DNA of 64,000 bases from Dendrobates tinctorius. Taxonomy: Eukaryota. Numbering within the stretch: the stretch's first letter is position 1; every line of letters starts with the position of its first letter. Position numbers and translations under genes: made by a program. The DNA lies in the NCBI RefSeq assembly GCF_039654945.1, contig NW_027361982.1, positions 3,720,001-3,784,000 of the forward strand, read 5' to 3'. This document shows positions 36,561 to 50,254 of the stretch, one piece after another. A model generated the notes under the pieces. It searched no databases. It saw only the letters and a program-made list of their open reading frames with translations, and was not told where the DNA came from.

Positions 36561-37149
36561 CATCTGTGCCATAATTTACAGAGAGCGATCTTAGGATCCT
36601 TTACCATCCGTATCTAAATAATTTACTGAGGAAGATAAGGAGGCAGTACCAGCTGTGCCAACATTTACAGAGATTGTACTGCTTACTTATCTGTGCCTAC
36701 ATCAATTACAGAGGGAGAAACAGGGAAGCGGTACTTTCTGTGCCTGAAAAATTTACATTAAGAGACAGAAGCAGTAGCATCTCTGCCAACATAATCATTT
36801 ACAGAGGGAGAGATGAGAGGCCAGTACTATCGGTGCTTGATAAATTTACACAGACAGGGAGGCAGAACCATCTCTGCCAACATCATTTACAGAGGGAGAG
36901 ACAGGGAGACAATTTCTGAGTATAGAGGTGGAGAGTCTCCATTTCTCACTATTGCCCTGTAGTCTGTGCACGACGGATACATTTGATTCTTGCTTTTAGG
37001 TAGTGGAATATGGTGGTGGGGCATAAAGGAGTTTTCAGGATTAGACAGAATCTGGCACAGAAAAGGGTTTATTGAAAATAAAATATTTGCCTTTCAAAAG
37101 GCCGTCCGCTCCACCTGCTCCGGTGACTTCTTCTGTCCCTGCAGTCACT

Positions 37150-37320
37150 TGACTGCTGCCTGCAGCCAATCACTGCTAGTGCCTGCATGTACTTCACATG
37201 ACTGCTGCAGCCAATCACTGCTTGTGCCTGCATGTATGTCACATGACTGCTGCAGCCAATCACTGCCAATATCTGCATGTATGTCACATGACTGCTGCAG
37301 CCAATCACTGCATATACAGC
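37150..37320. repeat. Short ~42-bp tandem repeat with GCAGCCAATCACTG
   Basis: Four copies. Confidence 0.8.
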
Positions 37321-38524
37321 CTGGAGGGATAATCGGAGCCGCAGAGGATTCAATCGCTAAGTAGTGATTACTTCTGTCAGGTCAAGGTCTGTGGGACCGT
37401 CTCCGATGTTCCTCATACACGCTGCAGCCCACAAGAGCCTCCTGTGTCCCCTGCACTTGACAGTCCATCCTCATCTCCCGGCAGCATCTGGGAAGAATTC
37501 TCTGTTTCCATAGTAACCAGATGAAGACGTTCCATGAACGCCCACCATCAGATGTCACCGGCGCTCAAATTCCTAATATAGCCGAGCAGGATGAGTCACG
37601 GAGACCCGCCAGACCAGCCATATTGGGGACATTAGGGAAAACAACATGTTGCCGTGGTAATAACCATCCAACATAAAAAGCACCGACGGCTGCTGTGCTG
37701 GTCACTACTGTCCTCCATCTGTGGAAGCCGAAGAGATAAAGGGGTAATAAATCGCAAATCAGCCAAGAGCTTGGCCTCTACTAGGAAAGGTCCTCACTGA
37801 GCGACCAGTGGGGGTCCGACCCAAGACCCTCTGAACGAGGAGGATCCAGCGCAGTGGCATCAGTTCACCTGGGTCACACTGCAGCTTCCTGACAGTAGAT
37901 GTCCGAGCTGTCACCGTGTAGAGAAAATGGGAGCGGCATAACATGAGAGCTGCGGCTTTCCCAAAAGTCAGAGCCCCCCAATCACATGAGTGCGAATGTG
38001 TTCTCAGGAGTGGGGGGTGGAGGGAGAGAAGAGCGGCCGCTGAGAGCCACTTACTCTTATGGGGACCCATACGGAGCAGAGATTACCCAGACATCTGCTC
38101 CACGAGCCCACATAAAGAGCCCCCCCACATACACAGAGGTCTGGTAAGGCTACACCAAATTAACCCATTCATCATCAAATGATTTTACACCTCATTTTGC
38201 CTGACAGTCAAGGCCGTGCGAGGGGTCAGGATGTTTCTGTGACGACGTTTTATCTATTTCAGAATAGCACAATATTTTTGTGTTTTTGGGCTGGAGGTAA
38301 AGCAGCGATTCTAGGGTACAGGGCGGCCTTTAATGGGTTATAGACGTTTCTATTTTCACAGCAATGCAGATTTTATTTTCCTTCTTAATACAAAAAATAA
38401 ATAATTTTCTGGGGAGATTCAAGGTTTTTTGATTTCTTTAGGAAAAAAAAAAAAAAAAAAAAATACATTTTTTGTGCCCCCCAAGGACACATGAATTTGT
38501 AGAATAACCTGCAATATGCAATGA

Positions 38525-40292
38525 TCTCCTGTGCAGACCACCCACCACTGCCCCAATTACACCTCCCGTGCAGACCACACACCATTACACCTCCTGTGCA
38601 GACCACCCACCGCTGTCCCCGATTACACCTCCGGTGCAGACTACCCACCGCTGTCCCCGATTACACCTCCCGTGCAGACCACCCACCATTACACCTCCCG
38701 TGCAGACCACCCACCGCTGTCCCCGATTACACCTCCGGTGCAGACTACCCACCACTGCCTCAATTACACCTCCCGTGCAGACCACTCATCGCTGCCCCAA
38801 TAACACCTCCCATGCAGACCACCCATCACTGCCCCCGATTACACCTCCAGTGCAGACCATTCATCGCTGCCCCAATTACACCTTCGGTGCAGACCACTCA
38901 TCGCTGCCCCAATAACACCTCCCGTGCAGACCACCCATCACTGCCCCCGATTACACCTCCAGTGCAGACCATTCATCGCTGCCCCAATTACACCTTCGGT
39001 GCAGACCACTCATCACTGCCCCAATTACACTTCCTGTGCAGACCACTCATCGCTGCCCCAATAACACCTCCCGTGCAGACCACCCATCACTGCCCCCGAT
39101 TACACCTCCAGTGCAGACCATTCATCGCTGCCCCAATTACACCTTCGGTGCAGACCACTCATCACTGCCCCAATTACACTTCCTGTGCAGACCACTCATC
39201 GCTGCCCCAATTACACCTCCTGTGCAGACCACCGACCATTACACCTCTGGTGCAGATCACCCATCGCTGCCCCCAATTACACCTCTGGTGCAGACCACAC
39301 ATCACTGCCCCAATTACACTTCCTGTGCAGACTACTCATCGCTGCCCCAATTACACCTCCTGTGCAGACCACCGACCATTACACTTCCCATGCAGAGCAC
39401 CCATCGCTGCAGACCACTCATCACTGCCCCAATTACACTTCCTGTGCAGACTACTCATCGCTGCCCCAATTACACCTCCCATGCAGATCACCCATCGCTG
39501 CCCCCGATCACACCTCCAGTGCAGACCACTCATCACTGCCCCAATTACACTTCCTGTGCAGACCACCCATCGCTGCCCCCGATCACACCTCCAGTGCAGA
39601 CCATTCATCGCTTCCCCAATTACACCTTCGGTGCAGACCATTCATCGCTGCCCCAATTACACTTCCTGTGCAGACCACCGACCATTACACCTCTGGTGCA
39701 GATCACCCATCGCTGCTCCCAATTAAACCTCCGGTGCAGACCACTCATCGCTGCCCCAATTACACTTCCAGTGCAGACCACTCATCGCTGCCCCAATTAC
39801 ACTTCCTGTGCAGACCACTCATCGCTGCCCCAATTACACCTCCTGTGCAGACCACCGACCATTACACCTCTGGTGCAGATCACCCATCGCTGCTCCCAAT
39901 TAAACCTCCGGTGCAGACCACTCATCGCTGCCCCAATTACACTTCCTGTGCAGACCACTCATCGCTGCCCCAATTACACCTCCTGTGCAGACCACCGACC
40001 ATTACACCTCTGGTGCAGATCACCCATCGCTGCTCCCAATTACACCTCCGGTGCAGACCACTCATCACTGCCCCAATTACACTTCCTGTGCAGACCACTC
40101 ATCGCTGCCCCAATTACACCTCCTGTGCAGACCACCGACCATTACACCTCTGGTGCAGATCACCCATCGCTGCTCCCAATTACACCTCCTGTGCAGACCA
40201 CTCATCACTGCCCCAATTACTCCTTTGGTGCAGACCACTCATTGCTGCCCCAATTACACCTCCCGTGCAGACTACCCACCACTGCCCCCGAT
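38525..40292. repeat. ~36-bp minisatellite GTGCAGACCACTCATCGCTGCCCCAATTACACCTCC in PPP1R11 intron 2
   Basis: Dozens of tandem variant units with higher-order periodicity. Confidence 0.95.
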
Positions 40293-40468
40293 CATACCAC
40301 CTGAACGCTGCAGTCAGAAAGCGTGGTAAGCAGTTAAACACCAACGCTGGCAGCCATGTCACCCACTGACATTATGTCGTCACGAACGGATTAACCTGGA
40401 TGCACCCCGTTAATTTCCCCCCTCAGTTAGCCTTCCCCGGAGAACCCTGCAGTCGTGTCCCCTCTCAC

Positions 40469-40577
40469 ATTTTGAGGAGCGTCGGCCCAGGTTCTCGTTA
40501 TCCACTGTGTCACACGTCCACTCCACCTTCTTGTCCGGTTTCCTCTTCCGCAGTTTTATGGTCAGGGAGCGCGGCTC
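40469..40577 (-). CDS. PPP1R11: PPP1R11 coding exon 2
   Basis: AG/GT bounded; [36 protein letters not shown] with the KKVEW RVxF-type PP1-docking motif; phase 1 matches exon 3. Confidence 0.96.
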
Positions 40578-40975
40578 CTGCAGACAGAGGGAGACAAAGA
40601 AAGAGTGAATGCGCCTCCAGATTCGGGGGTCCTGATTTACGACGGTCCCCGAGATGAGGATGGTGTAATCCCTCATCTCTCCTGCGGGGGCGCTGCAGGG
40701 ACTTGTTTCCCAGGGCACCGCAGCTGTAAAGGCCCTCATACGGGAACGTCCCACATCGGAACCCCTGGAGTCACACATTTGGCTGCGACTTTAGTGGACA
40801 TTTAAAGTGGAGGGACCTGGACCCCAGTCTGCCATGGGTGGCACCCTCGGCCATTAGACACAGAAATGTCATTTGTAGGAAAGCCACTTTAACAGGGCGC
40901 TCCCTTTAAGGAGAAGCCAATGTCATATGTACTCGGCGCTGATTGCGTCACTCGCCGTGTGATGACGTCACTCAC

Positions 40976-41053
40976 CGGCTGCGCCTCGCTCTCGGTGGTC
41001 ACGGTACTGGACGCGGCTCCGCCCCCCACCGCCGTCCCGGAGGATTCAGCCAT
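40976..41053 (-). CDS. PPP1R11: PPP1R11 coding exon 1
   Basis: GACATGG start, MAESSGTAVGGGAASSTVTTESEAQP, donor CCG|GTGAGT; 78+109+173 nt gives 119 aa plus stop. Confidence 0.92.
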
Positions 41054-41789
41054 GTCACTGGATGCTAGAGTCGCCCCAGGCGCCGATACAACCGGAGAAG
41101 CGTCAGATTCCGCCTGCAGGAGGACAATCCGGCCGCTTCTCCCACTTCCGGCGCTCTATCCAGCCACTTCCGCTCCTATCACTGCTCCCGGGAGCCGCTG
41201 CCCTCTCGTTGCTCTATCTATGGTGTGAGCGACGGTTCGTGCGTCCGGTCTTCCGGTTGTACTCGCTGAGATTCCCCCAGACCGCGCATCACAATTCCCC
41301 ACAGTCTCCTCCTGTCATCGTTATCAGTCACTTCTGCCCGGAACCATCATGGCCGACGCGTTATTCTTTGTACTGTGACGTAAGGTGACACAAGAGAACG
41401 CTGCGGTACAGAGAAACCGTCTCCTCGGCTTGTGTTACAGGTATGTCTCAACGCCATTTTACTGGAGATTAAATCACATTGTAACGATGTAAGAGACGTC
41501 AGTAAAATGGCTCCACGGCGAGGACAGATAGTGACATCTGTGATAGACGTGACAGACAGCCAATAGCGTTGTTCTGATGCCTGAACTAACCAATCACTGC
41601 TCTAGGCTTTTAGATTTCATCTGCATTGATAAATCCGCGCCCTGACTAACTGAGATCCAGCCAGCCATATCCCTCCACCAAGTCCCACGCACTGAGCTCA
41701 CGGTCGCCGTCTTGCGAGAGGGAATGGAAGTACCCGTTGCCATAGCGACAGCGTCCTAGTAGCAGCTTCCGGCGGAAGTGAAAACTACT

Positions 41790-41879
41790 AGGGGGAGGAG
41801 GGAGAGGGACAGCGGAGGCAAAAGAGAGAGAGAGAAGCTCCAGGAGCCTGAGGCAGGGAAGGCACCACGTGACCCCGGG
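41790..41879 (+). other. Putative non-coding first exon of the plus-strand gene (probably MGAT1)
   Basis: Purine-rich segment after tandem ETS sites ending in donor GGG|GTAGGT; start coordinate is approximate. Confidence 0.45.
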
Positions 41880-42289
41880 GTAGGTGGCGCTGACGTCACG
41901 CTGTCGTGACGCCATCTCTGACTTTGTGGTGTTTATTGACGTCATCTGTGTCTTTTATGTGGCGTTTACGCCAGACACTGAGCTGTGGGGTTAGAGCTGC
42001 TTCTGAGGGGCTTCAGGTGCTGTGGTGGTGGAGGGTCTGCTGTCCCCCGGTCCACTACAGGTCCCAGCGGCTGCCTCAGTGTGTCCTGTAGGATGGTGCT
42101 GCCCCCTGTATGGTCCTCCCATTGGGGGGGTACAACGTTGCTGTATCAGCAGGGTCTCTGCTCCACAGCTATCCTCGGGGGGTATACCTTATTTCTGCTG
42201 CTTTCTGCCAAGGACAGTGATGTAGGGTCTAGGGGGGCGCTGCCTCATGCTGAATGCTTTTGGCCCCCAGCGCTACTGGTGGAGGGGAG

Positions 42290-44000
42290 TGCAGTGTGGA
42301 GCTACAGGTGATGGGGCATGGTGCAGAGCTACTGGTGACGGTGGGGGGGGGCGGTGTGACGGGGGAGCGGTGCGGAGCTACGGGTGCCGGGGTGTGCGGT
42401 GTGAAGCTACAGGTGATGGGGCATGGTGCAGAGCTACTGGTGACGGTGGGGGGGGGGGCGGTGTGACGGGGGCGCGGTGCGGAGCTACGGGTGCCGGGGT
42501 GTGAGGTGTGAAGCTACAGGTGATAGGGCATGGTGCAGAGCTACTGGTGACGGTGGGGGGGGGGGCGGTGTGACGGGGGCGCGGTGCGGAGCTACGGGTG
42601 CCGGGGTGTGCGGTGTGAAGCTACAGGTGATGGGGCATGGTGCAGAGCTACTGGTGACGGTGACGGGGGCGCGGTGCGGAGCTACGGGTGCCGGGGTGTG
42701 CGGTGCGGAGCTACGGGTGCCGGGGTGTGCGGTGTGAAGCTACAGGTGATGGGGCATGGTGCAGAGCTACTGGTGACGGTGGGGGGGGCGGTGTGACGGG
42801 GGCGCGGTGCGGAGCTACGGGTGCCGGGGTGTGCAGTGTGAAGCTACAGGTGATGGGGCATGGTGCAGAGCTACTGGTGACGGTGGGGGGGGGGAGGTGT
42901 GACGGGGGCGCGGTGCGGAGCTACTTGTGACGGGGGCGCGGTGCGGAGCTACGGGTGCCGGGGTGTGCGGTGTGAAGCTACAGGTGATGGGGCATGGTGC
43001 AGAGCTACTGGTGACGGTGGGGGGGGCGGTGTGACGGGGGGCGCGGTGCGGAGCTACTTGTGACGGGGGGCGCGGTGCGGAGCTACGGGTGCCGGGGTGT
43101 GCGGTGTGAAGCTACAGGTGCTGAGGGCATGGTGCAGGGCTACGGGTGACGGGGGGGGTGCGGAGCTACTTGTGAACGGGGAGCGCGTTATGGAGTTACG
43201 GGTGATGGGGGCATGGTGCGGAGCTACGGGTGACGAGGCGAAGTGCGGCGCTACTGTTGGCAAAAGGGGAAAAGGGGTGCAGGTCTACTGGAGAAGAGGA
43301 GCGCAGTGTGGAGCTACGGATGATAGGGGGGCGCGGTGCGGAGCTACGGGTGGTGAGAGGGGCGCGGTGCGGTACTACTGGAGAAGAGGAGCGCAGTGTG
43401 GAGCTACGGATGATAGGGGGGCGCGGTGCGGAGCTACGGGTGGTGAGAGGGGCGCGGTGCGGTACTACTGGAGAAGAGGAGCGCAGTGTGGAGCTACGGA
43501 TGATAGGGGGGCGCGGTGCGGAGCTACGGGTAGTGAGAGGGGCGCGGTGCGGTACTACTGGAGAAGAGGAGCGCAGTGTGGAGCTACGGATGATAGGGGG
43601 GCGCGGTGCGGAGCTACGGGTGGTGAGAGGGGCGCGGTGCGGTACTACTGGAGAAGAGGAGCGCAGTGTGGAGCTACGGATGATAGGGGGGCGCGGTGCG
43701 GAGCTACGGGTGGTGAGAGGGGCGCGGTGCGGTACTACTGGAGAAGAGGAGCGCAGTGTGGAGCTACGGATGATAGGGGGCGCGGTGCGGAGCTACGGGT
43801 GGTGAGAGGGGCGCGGTGCGGTACTACTGGAGAAGAGGAGCGCAGTGTGGAGCTACGGATGATAGGGGGGCGCGGTGCGGAGCTACGGGTGGTGAGAGGG
43901 GAGCGGTGCGGAGCTACTGGTGAAGGGGGGTGCGGTGCGGCGCTACGGGTGATGGGGGCGCGGTGTGGAGCGACAGGGAGTGTGGTGTGGAGCTACTGGT
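42290..44000. repeat. G-rich minisatellite on GGTGCGGAGCTACGGGT with a homogeneous 90-bp higher-order block (~43285-43900)
   Basis: Tandem units; the 90-bp unit is repeated almost perfectly about six times. Confidence 0.93.
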
Positions 44001-46059
44001 GGTGGATCTATTAGGCTACACATTCAGTATTTGGTCAGTATTTATAAGACAAAACCTGGAGTGAAACTATAATAGGAAAGGTATAATAAAAACACGTCAC
44101 CACTTCTGTATTTATCGCCCTCTCCTGGTTTTGGTGCAGTGCGGAGCTACTGGTGTCAGGTGGGAGGGTGCAGTGTGGAACTCTTTTTGTCCAGCTGTGT
44201 GGGTTCTGCACACCATTACTAAACGAACCCTCCATCACATCATGAGGTAGGACGCTTTGTGCTGTCACTGCTCTTTCAGTAGAGAATCCCTCCTATAATG
44301 GTGATATGTAGCAGCTTATCCTTACAAGAGAATATATTGGTTGGGGTCTTGACTCCCCCAAGCGAGTGTGCTGCGCCGCTCATTTGTTGGGTGACAGTCC
44401 CTGATACTGCAGCTCATTAGAGGGGTTTTCCATGGCCGTCTCTTCTCCCATCTGTGGGGGCCACCTCTGGAGAGTTGTGATACTCGGATAATCATTGTGT
44501 ATTGTTTGCAGAAACTACAAGTTTCTAACGTGTTTGTTTGACCTCATCACCATTGCTCAAGATCTCTGCCTGCTGTCAGTGACTGGAAGCATTGCTACAT
44601 CTAGAGATGGAGATCCTGTCCTCCATTTATGTGTCACAGCCGAGGGTTTGTTACAGGGCTGTGGAGTCTGTATAAAATGGACCGACTCCTAAAATATATA
44701 ATAAATTGGGTTCAGTGCAGGATGGGCTGTAAATGATTTCATAATACTTTGGGAAAGTTATGTAATGTCCTATAAATACCTGTTCTGTTCCTGATTTGAG
44801 GATCTCGGCTTTTAGTCGAGATAAATCTGTGCTTCACTTTTTGCACATGCTCAGTAGTGACCAGTGCTATGGGGTCGGAGGTTTGGCTTACTGACTGCAC
44901 GGCCCTGATATTATCTCTGGACGGAGCGTTCTTCCTGGTGTGAGTTCCGAGCAAAGCATCAGACCTCTCTCCTGCCAACGCTGAGCTATGAGAGCCTCCG
45001 ACTGGTGCTGATTAGCGTGCCGGTCCTGGCTGGTATTCCTCCCTGTGGACTGATGAGGGTGATAGTCCTTTCTGGTAATCCTTACTGGTCTGATGGGCGT
45101 GATATACAGTATATCCCAGGTCTGGATGACACATGACAGCTGCTCTGATTTTACCGTTTGGTCAGCGGAAATTCCAAGTGGAGTGTTTGTGTGCCAGGCT
45201 AATCACAGGAAACCATAGATTCAGCTGGCATCTATGGGGCAGGGCTCACACTGCTAGGGGTTACGGCCTTGTGTTTAAAGGGATGATCAAAGCAAAATTT
45301 GCCCAGACTTCCCCCTTCCTCTTTTTCTCACTTGGATTCTGTTCACATCACATTTACTGTCTTTGTCTGTAGATACTTCAGGGGTCTAATCACCCAATAG
45401 ATGCTTAATTAGGTGGTCCCAAAACATTTATCACCTATCCATAGTATAGGTGATCACTCATGATCTGGGAGACCCTCCCCCTGATGATGCGAATCAAGAT
45501 GAATGCTCCCTGTGGGAATGGGCAAGGAATGAAGATGTCGGACCACCTCTGCCTTCACTTCTCTGGATTTATGATGGTCTGGGTCCCATAGACGGTGAAT
45601 GGATGGTGGTCTCGTGCGCACTATTGCACCATTAACATGGGAGTTTAGACCCTCAGCAATTATACCTTTATCACCTGTTCTGTCCATTATCCATCACACA
45701 CGGACTTGTAGGGACTAGGAAGGATATTTCATGTATCAGAATGGGAACCATCACAGACCTGGCAGAGATGCAGCTTATGGCACATTGCAGCTTGTGCTGG
45801 GCTGGAAACCCTCCCACGGGCTGAGAAGAGCAGCTGCCAGGCAGAAGCTTGGAGTGGTGGAGAAAAGATTAGAAGTGTCTCTAAGTATTAAACGTTCCCT
45901 GCAGATATCTCCTCTCACCCTTGAGGTACCTTGGATGGAAGGTGCGTTTAGGAGTAGGACCCAGCTTTTATGTTCAGAGCAGCTCTGCACAACTCATTCT
46001 GGTACTTCCTCTTGGTACATTCTCCATCCTTGTGTGAATCCACGAGCACTTCACCACGG

Positions 46060-46945
46060 CAGCCGTACATCGCCACTCTGGATGCCGCCTCTTCTTTCCC
46101 CGGTGGCAGCTGCTCTGGATGCCGCCTCTTCTTTCCCCGGTGGCAGCCGCACATCACCGCTCTGGATGCTGCCTCTTCTTTCCCTGGTGGCAGCCGCTCT
46201 GGATGCTGCCTCTTCTTTCCCCGGTGGCAGCCGCTCTGGATGCTGCCTCTTCTTTCCCCGGTGGCAGCCGCTCTGGATGCTGCCTCTTCTTTCCCCGGTG
46301 GCAGCCGCTCTGGATGCTGCCTCTTCTTTCCCTGGTGGCAGCCGCTCTGGATGCTGCCTCTTCTTTCCCCGGTGGCAGCCGCTCTGGATGCTGCCTCTTC
46401 TTTCCCCGGTGGCAGCCGCTCTGGATGCTGCCTCTTCTTTCCCTGGTGGCAGCCGCTCTGGATGCTGCCTCTTCTTTCCCTGGTGGCAGCCGCTCTGGAT
46501 GCTGCCTCTTCTTTCCCTGGTGGCAGCCGCTCTGGATGCTGCCTCTTCTTTCCCTGGTGGCAGCCGCTCTGGATGCTGCCTCTTCTTTCCCTGGTGGCAG
46601 CCGCTCTGGATGCTGCCTCTTCTTTCCCTGGTGGCAGCCGCTCTGGATGCCGCCTCTTCTTTCCCCGGTGGCAGCCGCTCTGGATGCCGCCTCTTCTTTC
46701 CCTGGTGGCAGCCGCACATCACCGCTCTGAATGCCGCCTCTTCTTTCCCCGGTGGCAGCCGCTCTGGATGCCGCCTCTTCTTTCCCTGGTGGCAGCCGCA
46801 CATCACCGCTCTGGATGCCGCCCCTTCTTTCCCAGGGGGCAGCCGCTCTGGATGCCGCCCCTTCTTTCCCCGGGGGCAGCCGATCTGGATGCCGCCTCTT
46901 CTTTCCCTGGTGGCAGCCGCATATCACCGCTCTGGATGCCGCTTC
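46060..46945. repeat. 37-bp minisatellite GCCGCTCTGGATGCTGCCTCTTCTTTCCCYGGTGGCA
   Basis: More than 20 near-identical tandem copies. Confidence 0.95.
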
Positions 46946-47628
46946 TGAACCTGGTATGCCTCTGATCAATATTTCATGGAACCAGCAGAAATCCACTCGG
47001 AGGGAAGCGTAGAAGCAGCTCTTTGCTTATTTTTCTTTCCTTTTAAAACTAGCTATTACGTCTTTACGTTTTCTGCTCTCTTCATTGTGAAGATTACATC
47101 ACGTTGGTGTAAATGAGCATTTCCACAATACAGACACGTTGCTGTTGGCCTTGCAGCAGTGGACTGGGATGAAGCTGATACTCAAAGAAAGATGACTTGT
47201 TTTCTAATCCTGGACCCCTTTAAGTGTGGTCAAACTTTAGAGGGATTGGGTGGATCAACAGTCAGATTACATCCATTTCCAGCTGTCGAACCCTGTCGTG
47301 ATATCTCACTGGACTCGCCGCTCGATGGCAGATATCCGGTGTAATTTTTGCCTTTCCATAGTTTTGTTTGCTGTCGGTCGCTCCATGCCAAAACTGCAGA
47401 TTTGCATTGCAGAAGTGAGAGCTCAGACAAGGCCACCGATGACGGCAGATATTGATTGTTCAGATGGGTGATAATTTGTACGTTCGCTTTGATCACCATC
47501 AATGATGAGAACAAACGTTACAAGATTTCTGACTGGAGCAGTAGAGCACACGCATGAACACCTCCATTAACTTCTATGGGAACCGTAACACTTGTATATA
47601 AGCACCACCCCAAGAGGCAGTATACCGT

Positions 47629-48305
47629 TGTCATGCATACAAATTATTGCTCCATTCACACAGGGGGGGCTTTGGGACCCCGGTTGTTTATGGGCTCACC
47701 TCTGTGAGGTGGACTTACTAAGCTGTAGGTCAGGGTGAGCAGCACAGACTGAAGGCGACGATGCAGCAGAGATGGTCTTGCAGAAGGTGGATTAGCGAGG
47801 ACCAGTACAGCATGGTAGGACCAGTAGGACGGCAGATGGGCAAGCAGACCTGGAAGCAATAGATACAGCTGAGCTAGATGTGCTGATTGTACTGGGACTG
47901 CAGAGATGTGTAGGCAACTGCTGTCTTGCTGCAAAAGCGCGAATACACACAGGTATAGCACCGGATAGCCAAAATGAATTAATTGTGAGGTACCTTGATA
48001 GCAGAGATGAGTTTGTTCGCATGTGACGCAATGAGCTGGGAGTGCAGTAGCCAGAATTAACTTCTGGACTAAGCTTGGAAGTAGTACCCGGATTAGTCAG
48101 GAGTAGCTGAGAAGATAACCAGATACCGGACTGCAACACAGTCCAAGTGGCCAGCTCCTGGAAAAGAGGGGTGCTCTATGTCCTGAGTACTCCGGTGTCG
48201 TCCAGCCACCTGAATTGGCCTCATGGAGTCCTGGGTGTTGAGTTCAGATTTGTTGATATAAGCAGAAGTAAAGCCCGACACTGGAGCCAGGACAGGTGAG
48301 TAACA
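47629..48305. mobile_element. Possible old solo LTR
   Basis: TGTCAT...GTAACA ends and LTR-like composition; TSD poorly conserved (ACCGT/CCAGT). Confidence 0.35.
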
Positions 48306-49593
48306 CCAGTTTCTGTAACCAGTTGGGTCCCAATAGTCACAGTCCCTGCCCACCAGAGAAGATTTTTTGATCCTGTGCCTTAAAGGTGGTCATACACTTC
48401 AGATGGAGGAGCAGGCCGTTGTTGTAACGTATGCCAGTCGGTGGCCTTCTCCCACTAACCATCTGTAAGTGATTTACCACCCTGCAAAGACTTCAAAACC
48501 AGTGTTGGTGTGAGGACCTCTTTGCAGGCCTTATTTTTCTGTTGCTCATTTTTGGGTAATAAAACTGCAACAGAAGCACGTCCTCTCCAGTTCCATAACC
48601 CCCCCAGTCCCACAATTTTCCTTTCCTACCTCTTATTTAATGCTATAATCCATATAGAAATGTTCTGTGAGTTGACAAATTCTGACCGAGCACTTAGGAA
48701 AGATCTCCTGCGACTGACAAGCAATAATTGGCAACTGGGAGTAGATGGTTTCTGTCTCTAATTTTTTTTTTTTTTTTTTTTTCTGTTGTCGTCATTCTGG
48801 ATCTGCCAATCTGCAGGTTAAGACACACAAGACTTCAGGGGGCTGCAAATGACCCAAAACTCGGAACGTTCTTATTTCCAGGACGTGGCAAGCTTTGTGG
48901 AGGGGCATCAGGCATGTTCCCGATACTAAAGGCAATCTGCTCCACCAGAACAGATTTCTACCTATGAAGGCAGCGACTGACTGTGTACAAGTCGGTCAGT
49001 GTTCCCTTATGGCCGTTCATTGCTCAGGTTGCTGCAAACGCGCTTCCTGCTGATGGTCTCCTCACCTGGTAATGTACAGGTCTGTTTACTTTATACATTA
49101 CCAGGGAGAGGAGCCCATCAGCAGGATGCACAGCGATGCAGGGTGTACTGTGCGTAGTAGCTGCGCTCGCTCTCCATGATAAAATCTGTTTATTACTGAA
49201 TGCCCAAGCTGTTGTTTTCCACCTAACACTGGTGATGCTTCAGCTCCTCATCGGCTGCTATCCGCTTGCCCTGTTCCTCGTGACGCTGCGGCGGTTTCTC
49301 ACTGACAATACTTGTGGTTACAGAAGACGAACAAGTTCTGGTGGTTTCTGTGTGGATGGAAATATCTGCAGTGAGAACAGTTCACACTCCGGAACTGAGT
49401 GATTTCCGCATCTCACATCTGTACCGAGAGGCGACATAAATCCCGAGTGACGCCGGCCGCGGCGTTAAAGGGGATGTCCAACCTAAGTTTTAAGTCACTT
49501 TACTTTTATATCGGTGCAAGAAAATAATGTAGGTTTTAGGCTCTAGTCACATCCAGAGCAGCAGTCACGCACAACCTGACGGATAATGCCTTA

Positions 49594-49860
49594 GGCCTGT
49601 TTCACACATCCGTTTTTCCCCATCAGTCAAAATCCGCCGTTTTGCAAAAAAACGGATTCGCCATTTTTGTTGGCGGATCCGTTTTTTCCCCATTGACTTG
49701 TATTAACGGCGGATCTTGACGGATGGTCATCCGTTCGATCCTTTTTTTACGGATCCGCCAAGATTTTGCCGTCCGCTGAGCGGACAGGACGTGCAATGAA
49801 ACGTTTTTTTCCCCGGCTGGATCCGCATTTTCTATTGCACATGCCCGGGAGAAATGCCTG
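49594..49860. mobile_element. Harbinger-type MITE fragment
   Basis: TTA-GGCCTGTTTCACACATCCGTTT start with repeated CGGATCCG motifs; other end not found. Confidence 0.55.
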
Positions 49861-50254
49861 TGTCGGAAATTTAACCCTAAACTCAGTTCTGGCGTCTGAA
49901 AAAATCTCTCTCTCCCCCCTCGAAACTAGTGATCAGTATGTGACTTGTAAAGTAGCTAATTTTTTTTTTTTTTTTTTTTTTGTAACCTTAGATGTGATGT
50001 TGAAAAGTGGAGCATTCCATTTTAATGTTCTGTGACGTCCAATGAATTGTCACTGTTTTTACTTGTACTATCTGTGACTGTACTAATGGACATCTCCTTT
50101 TTCTTATACAGAGATATGACAAAATGAGGAAAAATCATTGGAGACCCGGGCACGACGATGGCGCACTGGGGCAAGTGAGACAGTCCTGTTTTGTGTGTGT
50201 ATGCTTGCTGAAAACAAATATATTCTCTCCAGCTCACTGTATAGATATTTGATA

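Larger units (their letters stand above)
40940..41960. promoter_or_regulatory. CpG-rich bidirectional promoter between PPP1R11 and the plus-strand gene
   Basis: High CpG density; ETS sites CACTTCCGG (~41142) and CTTCCGGCGGAAGTG (~41766); YY1-like CGCCATTTT (~41452); CCAAT (~41560, ~41590); CRE TGACGTCA (~40963, ~41891, ~41937); E-box CACGTG (~41866). Confidence 0.75.

Noticed and set aside
38521-40369. ORFs of ~400 aa, Pro/Thr/His-rich (mucin-like)
   Set aside because: Intronic minisatellite of PPP1R11, open in all three plus frames.
43097-44014. 305-aa Gly/Arg/Cys repeat ORF
   Set aside because: Translation of the 90-bp tandem repeat; no real start or splice support.
45045-45085. CTGATGAG hammerhead-like core
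   Set aside because: No downstream GAAA or stem III.
45731-46996. ORFs of 250-405 aa
   Set aside because: 37-bp minisatellite cycling through frames on both strands.
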